Assembly: GCA_965235115.1 (NCBI GenBank)
Contig: OZ249436.1
Location: forward strand, 47,308,001-47,372,000
DNA: 64,000 nucleotides
Reading direction: 5' to 3'
Source: Laetmonice hystrix
Lineage: Eukaryota
Part shown: in pieces, positions 59,761 to 64,000 of the stretch
Numbering within the stretch: the first letter of the stretch is position 1
Layout: each line of letters starts with the position of its first letter
Translations under genes and position numbers: made by a program
Notes under the pieces: generated by a model
Databases searched by the model: none
What the model was told of the DNA's origin: nothing
Seen by the model: only the letters and a program-made list of their open reading frames with translations

Positions 59761-61250
59761 GGTCTTGCCGCTAGTTTCCAACCCTTACACATGCTCAGCC
59801 TTCTGGGATGGACAAAATATAACTTTTACCAAAGAACTACTCAATGAAGCTGGGGGAGGCGGATCCAGCTTATGCTGTGTATCCGCAGAATCCTATCTCT
59901 GACTGAGAAATCAGACATCTTCTCCCCTCCATGCAATGAGAGTCTGTCAGAACCTGTTGTTTACCTAACCGTACGATTTAACAAATTACAAGAAGAGACT
60001 GGACCACTGCCCGCACACCCCCTCCTCACGTACCCTCCTACACGTCCCATACAACCGGCACGCCCCCCACAGGGCCAATCCACTGCTCCACGTCCATGAC
60101 TAATCACCAGAGTGACAAAATGTCAACCCTACCTCACAACATCTCGTATAAAGGTGCCCGCGCACATTTCCGATTAGATTTTTTGTCGCGTTAGTTTATA
60201 GAAGCCGCCTCAGCTGGCTTCCCTGGAGCCCCCAGCCCCCCGCCCCCCATCCGCCCTCACACACATTGATCCAGGGGTCTTGCCGTTAAGTCAGCACCGG
60301 TCGGCCTCTGACCATTTCTATGTTGTCCGACATCCCATGGTGGAGGCCAGGTAAGTGGATAGGTCCCCGGGGGATGTGGCGGGCCCCGCCGGCCGTGTAC
60401 CAGGACAGGCCGGGATGAAAGGAAACCTCACACATTGACGTCTCCAGAATCTCCGTACAAAAAGGTTCTTAGCACGTTCAGTAAACCTGATTACGCAAAC
60501 AAATCTTAGAACTAACTGCTTACAAATAACTCTGTTAATATTTGTACGCCACCAATGTGACCGCCCTTTTCACCCACTTTCCTTAATATCTTCACCCCCA
60601 GAATGTCCGTCTGGAATTATTTTCTCATTCAAGAAACCTTTATTCAAAATCGATCTAATTTTACTCAGTCGGTGTAGACACTCTAGGGACTGCCCAGACC
60701 TGGTAGAACAGGGCTGCGCCACTTTCCAGCCTGCTGGCCTTATCTGTCTACCCCAGTCACTTGGGCATACTTTCCCTGGCTACTTATCCATTATACCAGT
60801 GGATCAATAACTAACTGCCGTTTTGCATGACTTCACTCTCTGCCGATGAAATGATGTCGCAGCCAGCCGTAGCTCAACTCCTCCGAATAGTCTGCCGACC
60901 TGCCTAGTGACGTGAGACGCGCACATATACCGTTACCTGTCTCAGGATGGACCCCTGGTCACATGACAAACCGGACCAGTTCTTATCTAGGTGTGCAGGT
61001 CTGACAACGACCAATCCTCTTATTATACCGTGAGTCTGGGAGCAATCAGCTTCACCCTCCTCCATCCCGCCAACCGTTCCTGGGTGTACAGATATCAGGG
61101 GTTGTATTTGGAATCAGGGGAGGAACGGATCGGTAAATGAACTGGGAACAACTACTCTAGAGGTCAGTGGCCTCTCCTGATCACTGCAGTTAACTACATG
61201 TACGTACCACGCAGGGTTTCCGACTGCACGTCGTGTACACTTGTGATACT

Positions 61251-61494
61251 TCAAGTCTGTCTCGGACACACTAAGGTGGAGCTCAAGTCTGTCTCGGACA
61301 CACTAAGGTGGTGTGGAGCTCAGGTCTGTCTCGGACACACTAAGGTGGTGTGGAGCTCAAGTCTGTCTCGGACACACTAAGGTGGTGTGGAGCTCAAGTC
61401 TGTCTCGGATACACTAAGGTGGTGTGGAGCTCAAGTCTGTCTCGGACACACTAAGGTGGTGTGGAGCTCAAGTCTGTCTCGGACACACTAAGGT
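61251..61494. repeat. 37-bp minisatellite (~7 copies)
   Basis: Unit TCAAGTCTGTCTCGGACACACTAAGGTGGTGTGGAGC. Confidence 0.92.
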
Positions 61495-62177
61495 TAAGAT
61501 ACTTTCGCTTATCACTCGAACCTGAAAATTTAACATGGTGTCACTGGGGTGCAAAGATAAATATTTGAGGAATTCGGGGGCCACTTTAATATTGTGATCC
61601 AGATCTCATCTGTACTTCACGTCCATCATCACCAATTAGTTTAAAACACCACATCCCATAGTGGTGCCCTGGTTAATGGGTGAAGAGACCATGTGTGTAG
61701 AGACAAACCTATGCTTACATTAGGGCAGTACATGGAGCGCTGTTTACAGTGGACCATATGTTTACATCACTGGTTAATGGAACATTAACTGGCATTAGGC
61801 ACGCACACAAAAAAGGTTTTAATGTTCGGCATGGATAGCCTGAAGGGATTATTTGTGTAATTTTGGGGAATATCCCGTCACCCAGGACAACTGATACCTT
61901 CGAGGTCTGTCAAATTTCACTTTCACGATGTTTTTTAAACACAATACCGAAACTGAATGTTCATGTAACCTGACAACATGGCACAAAACATGGCACAAAA
62001 CATGGCACAAACGGTGAGACGCAGTTATTGATTATGTTAATTACCTGACTGTAATTGTTATTAGACATGCTACATAACAACACTACTTGTATTACCGCCG
62101 AGTTTGCATCAGAAACATTAGATATCATCGAGCCTTTTAACTGCGTTCACTCTAGCAAACATTTCTTTACTTAATGA

Positions 62178-62453
62178 TGGTAAATCATAAAACTGATGCA
62201 TTTGGTAAATCATAAAACTGATGCATTTGGTAAATCATAAAACTGATGCATTTGGTAAATCATAAACCTGATGCACTTGGTAAATCATAAAACTGATGCA
62301 TTTGGTAAATCATAAAACTGATGCATTTGGTAAATCATAAAACTGATGCATTTGGTAAATCATAAAACTGATGAATTTGATAAATCTTAAAACTGATGCA
62401 TTTAGTAAATCATAAACCTGATATACTTGGTAAATCATAAAACTGATGCATTT
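62178..62453. repeat. 25-bp minisatellite (11 copies)
   Basis: Unit GGTAAATCATAAAACTGATGCATTT. Confidence 0.92.
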
Positions 62454-62699
62454 CCCTGGCTAAGTTTTACTCTAGGCATAGAATCACCAGTTCTGTGACC
62501 GTTGAAAGGTTCCTAAACTCCTGAGATGGTCTAGTGACTCGAACTGATGTTGAAATACCTCTCAAAGTAAATAATCCACGGCAGTCTAAAAACTGAAGGT
62601 AATTCACTTACGAGTCCATAAACTGCTATGAATGTTGACAACCATGACATCATATTTAGAGTGAAGTAAGATTCTTTCACTGCTCACAACGGTTGGTTG

Positions 62700-62901
62700 G
62701 CAATGTGTCAACACTGTCCTCCCACTGGCAGCAATGTGTCAACACTGTCCTGCCACCGGTAGCAAGGTGTCAACACTGTCCTGCCACTAGTAGCAATGTG
62801 TCAACACTGTCCTCCCACTAGTAGCAAGGTGTCAACACTGTCCTGCCACCAGTAGCAATGTGTCAACACTGCTCTGACACCGGTAGCAAGGTGTCAACAC
62901 T
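62700..62901. repeat. 31-bp minisatellite (~7 copies)
   Basis: Unit GCAATGTGTCAACACTGTCCTGCCACTAGTA with variants. Confidence 0.88.
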
Positions 62902-63413
62902 CACATTCACCGCTAAAAGCATTCCCTCCCTCACGTCCAAACGCACACCTCTCTTTGAAAGGCAAACGTTTTCTTGACAAGACGATGTCCTCCAGTGAGG
63001 GGTAAGTTTGAGTGGGTGTGGGGTACTTGCCCCGCCTCAGCTGTGAGTCTGCCGGTACGATGGGCGGGGAGGACCAGAGACATCTGAAACTGACGGCCGT
63101 TCACTCAGCTCAACCTGACCATTGTCATCCCCACGCCCCGTTCACAGGGATGGGTCACGCCTTAAGGCCTGGCCACCTGGATCACACTAAGTGCCCATCA
63201 AAGTCCCTCTCCGGCACACCGCCTCAAACGACCGCTTGGGGCGCTGCCATCACGGCCCCCGCCAGCCGTTCGCCTGGACACTCGGTGCTTTAACTTCTGT
63301 CAGAGACCCCACTCTGACCTCGGCCGGGGCTTTCATGTCGCTATCTGCCCACTTACTGGCCTTAACAACGGCCCTGATAGCGGTTACCAACACATCACCG
63401 TGTTGACGTCATG

Positions 63414-64000
63414 GGGGCCGACACTAGACCAGGCCTGGTTCAAGGCCCGCTGTGAGGGCCGACACTAGACCAGGCCTGGTTCAAGGCCCGCTGTGGGGGC
63501 CGACACTAGACCAGGCCTGGTTCAAAGCCCGCTGTGGGGGCCGACACTAGACCTGGCCTGGTTCAAGGCCCGCTGTGAGGGCCGACACTAGACCAGGCCT
63601 GGTTCAAGGCCCGCTGTGAGGGCCGACACTAGACCAGGCCTGGTTCAAGGCCCGCTGTGGGGGCCGACACTAGACCTGGCCTGGTTCAAAGCCCGCTGTG
63701 GGGGCCGACACTAGACCTGGCCTGGTTCAAGGCCCGCTGTGAGGGCCGACACTAGACCAGGCCTGGTTCAAGGCCCGCTGTGGGGGCCGACACTAGACCT
63801 GGCCTGGTTCAAAGCCCGCTGTGGGGCCGACACTAGACCAGGCCTGGTTCAAAGCCCGCTGTGGGGGCCGACACTAGACCAGGCCTGGTTCAAGGCCGGC
63901 TGTGGGGGCCGACACTAGACCTGGCCTGGTTCAAGGCCCACACTGGGGGCCGACCCTCGACCAGGCCTGGTTCAAGGCCCGCTGTGGGGGCCGACACTAG
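63414..64000. repeat. 41-bp minisatellite (~14 copies, runs off the window)
   Basis: Unit GGGCCGACACTAGACCAGGCCTGGTTCAAGGCCCGCTGTG(A/G), with a 12-bp palindrome ACCAGGCCTGGT. Confidence 0.94.

Noticed and set aside
21297..64000. CRISPR-like appearance of short-unit arrays, including palindromic units
   Set aside because: No unique spacers, no cas genes, and a eukaryotic intron context.

Overview
Invertebrate animal genomic DNA (intron-rich; H2B and SINE style suggest a lophotrochozoan, which is inference). 1-14037: end of an ~841-bp satellite array with a trimeric higher-order repeat, interrupted by six tandem copies of a ~338-bp element carrying Pol III A/B boxes. 14.1-16.0 kb: a decayed replication-dependent histone H2B gene (TATA, octamer, stem-loop retained), split by a 326-bp insert flanked by a 142-bp duplication and bracketed by ~100-bp direct repeats. 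20608-33416 (minus strand): the last five coding exons of an X11/Mint/lin-10 (APBA) adaptor gene (end of PTB, PDZ1, PDZ2, C-terminal tail), all phase 0 with GT-AG sites. No further APBA exons were recognised up to 64000. The introns hold more than 30 unrelated local minisatellites. Several start exactly at splice sites and multiply donor, branch-point or acceptor motifs, which is the most unusual pattern in the window. Most ORFs in the supplied track are repeat artefacts. All counts and coordinates were read by eye.
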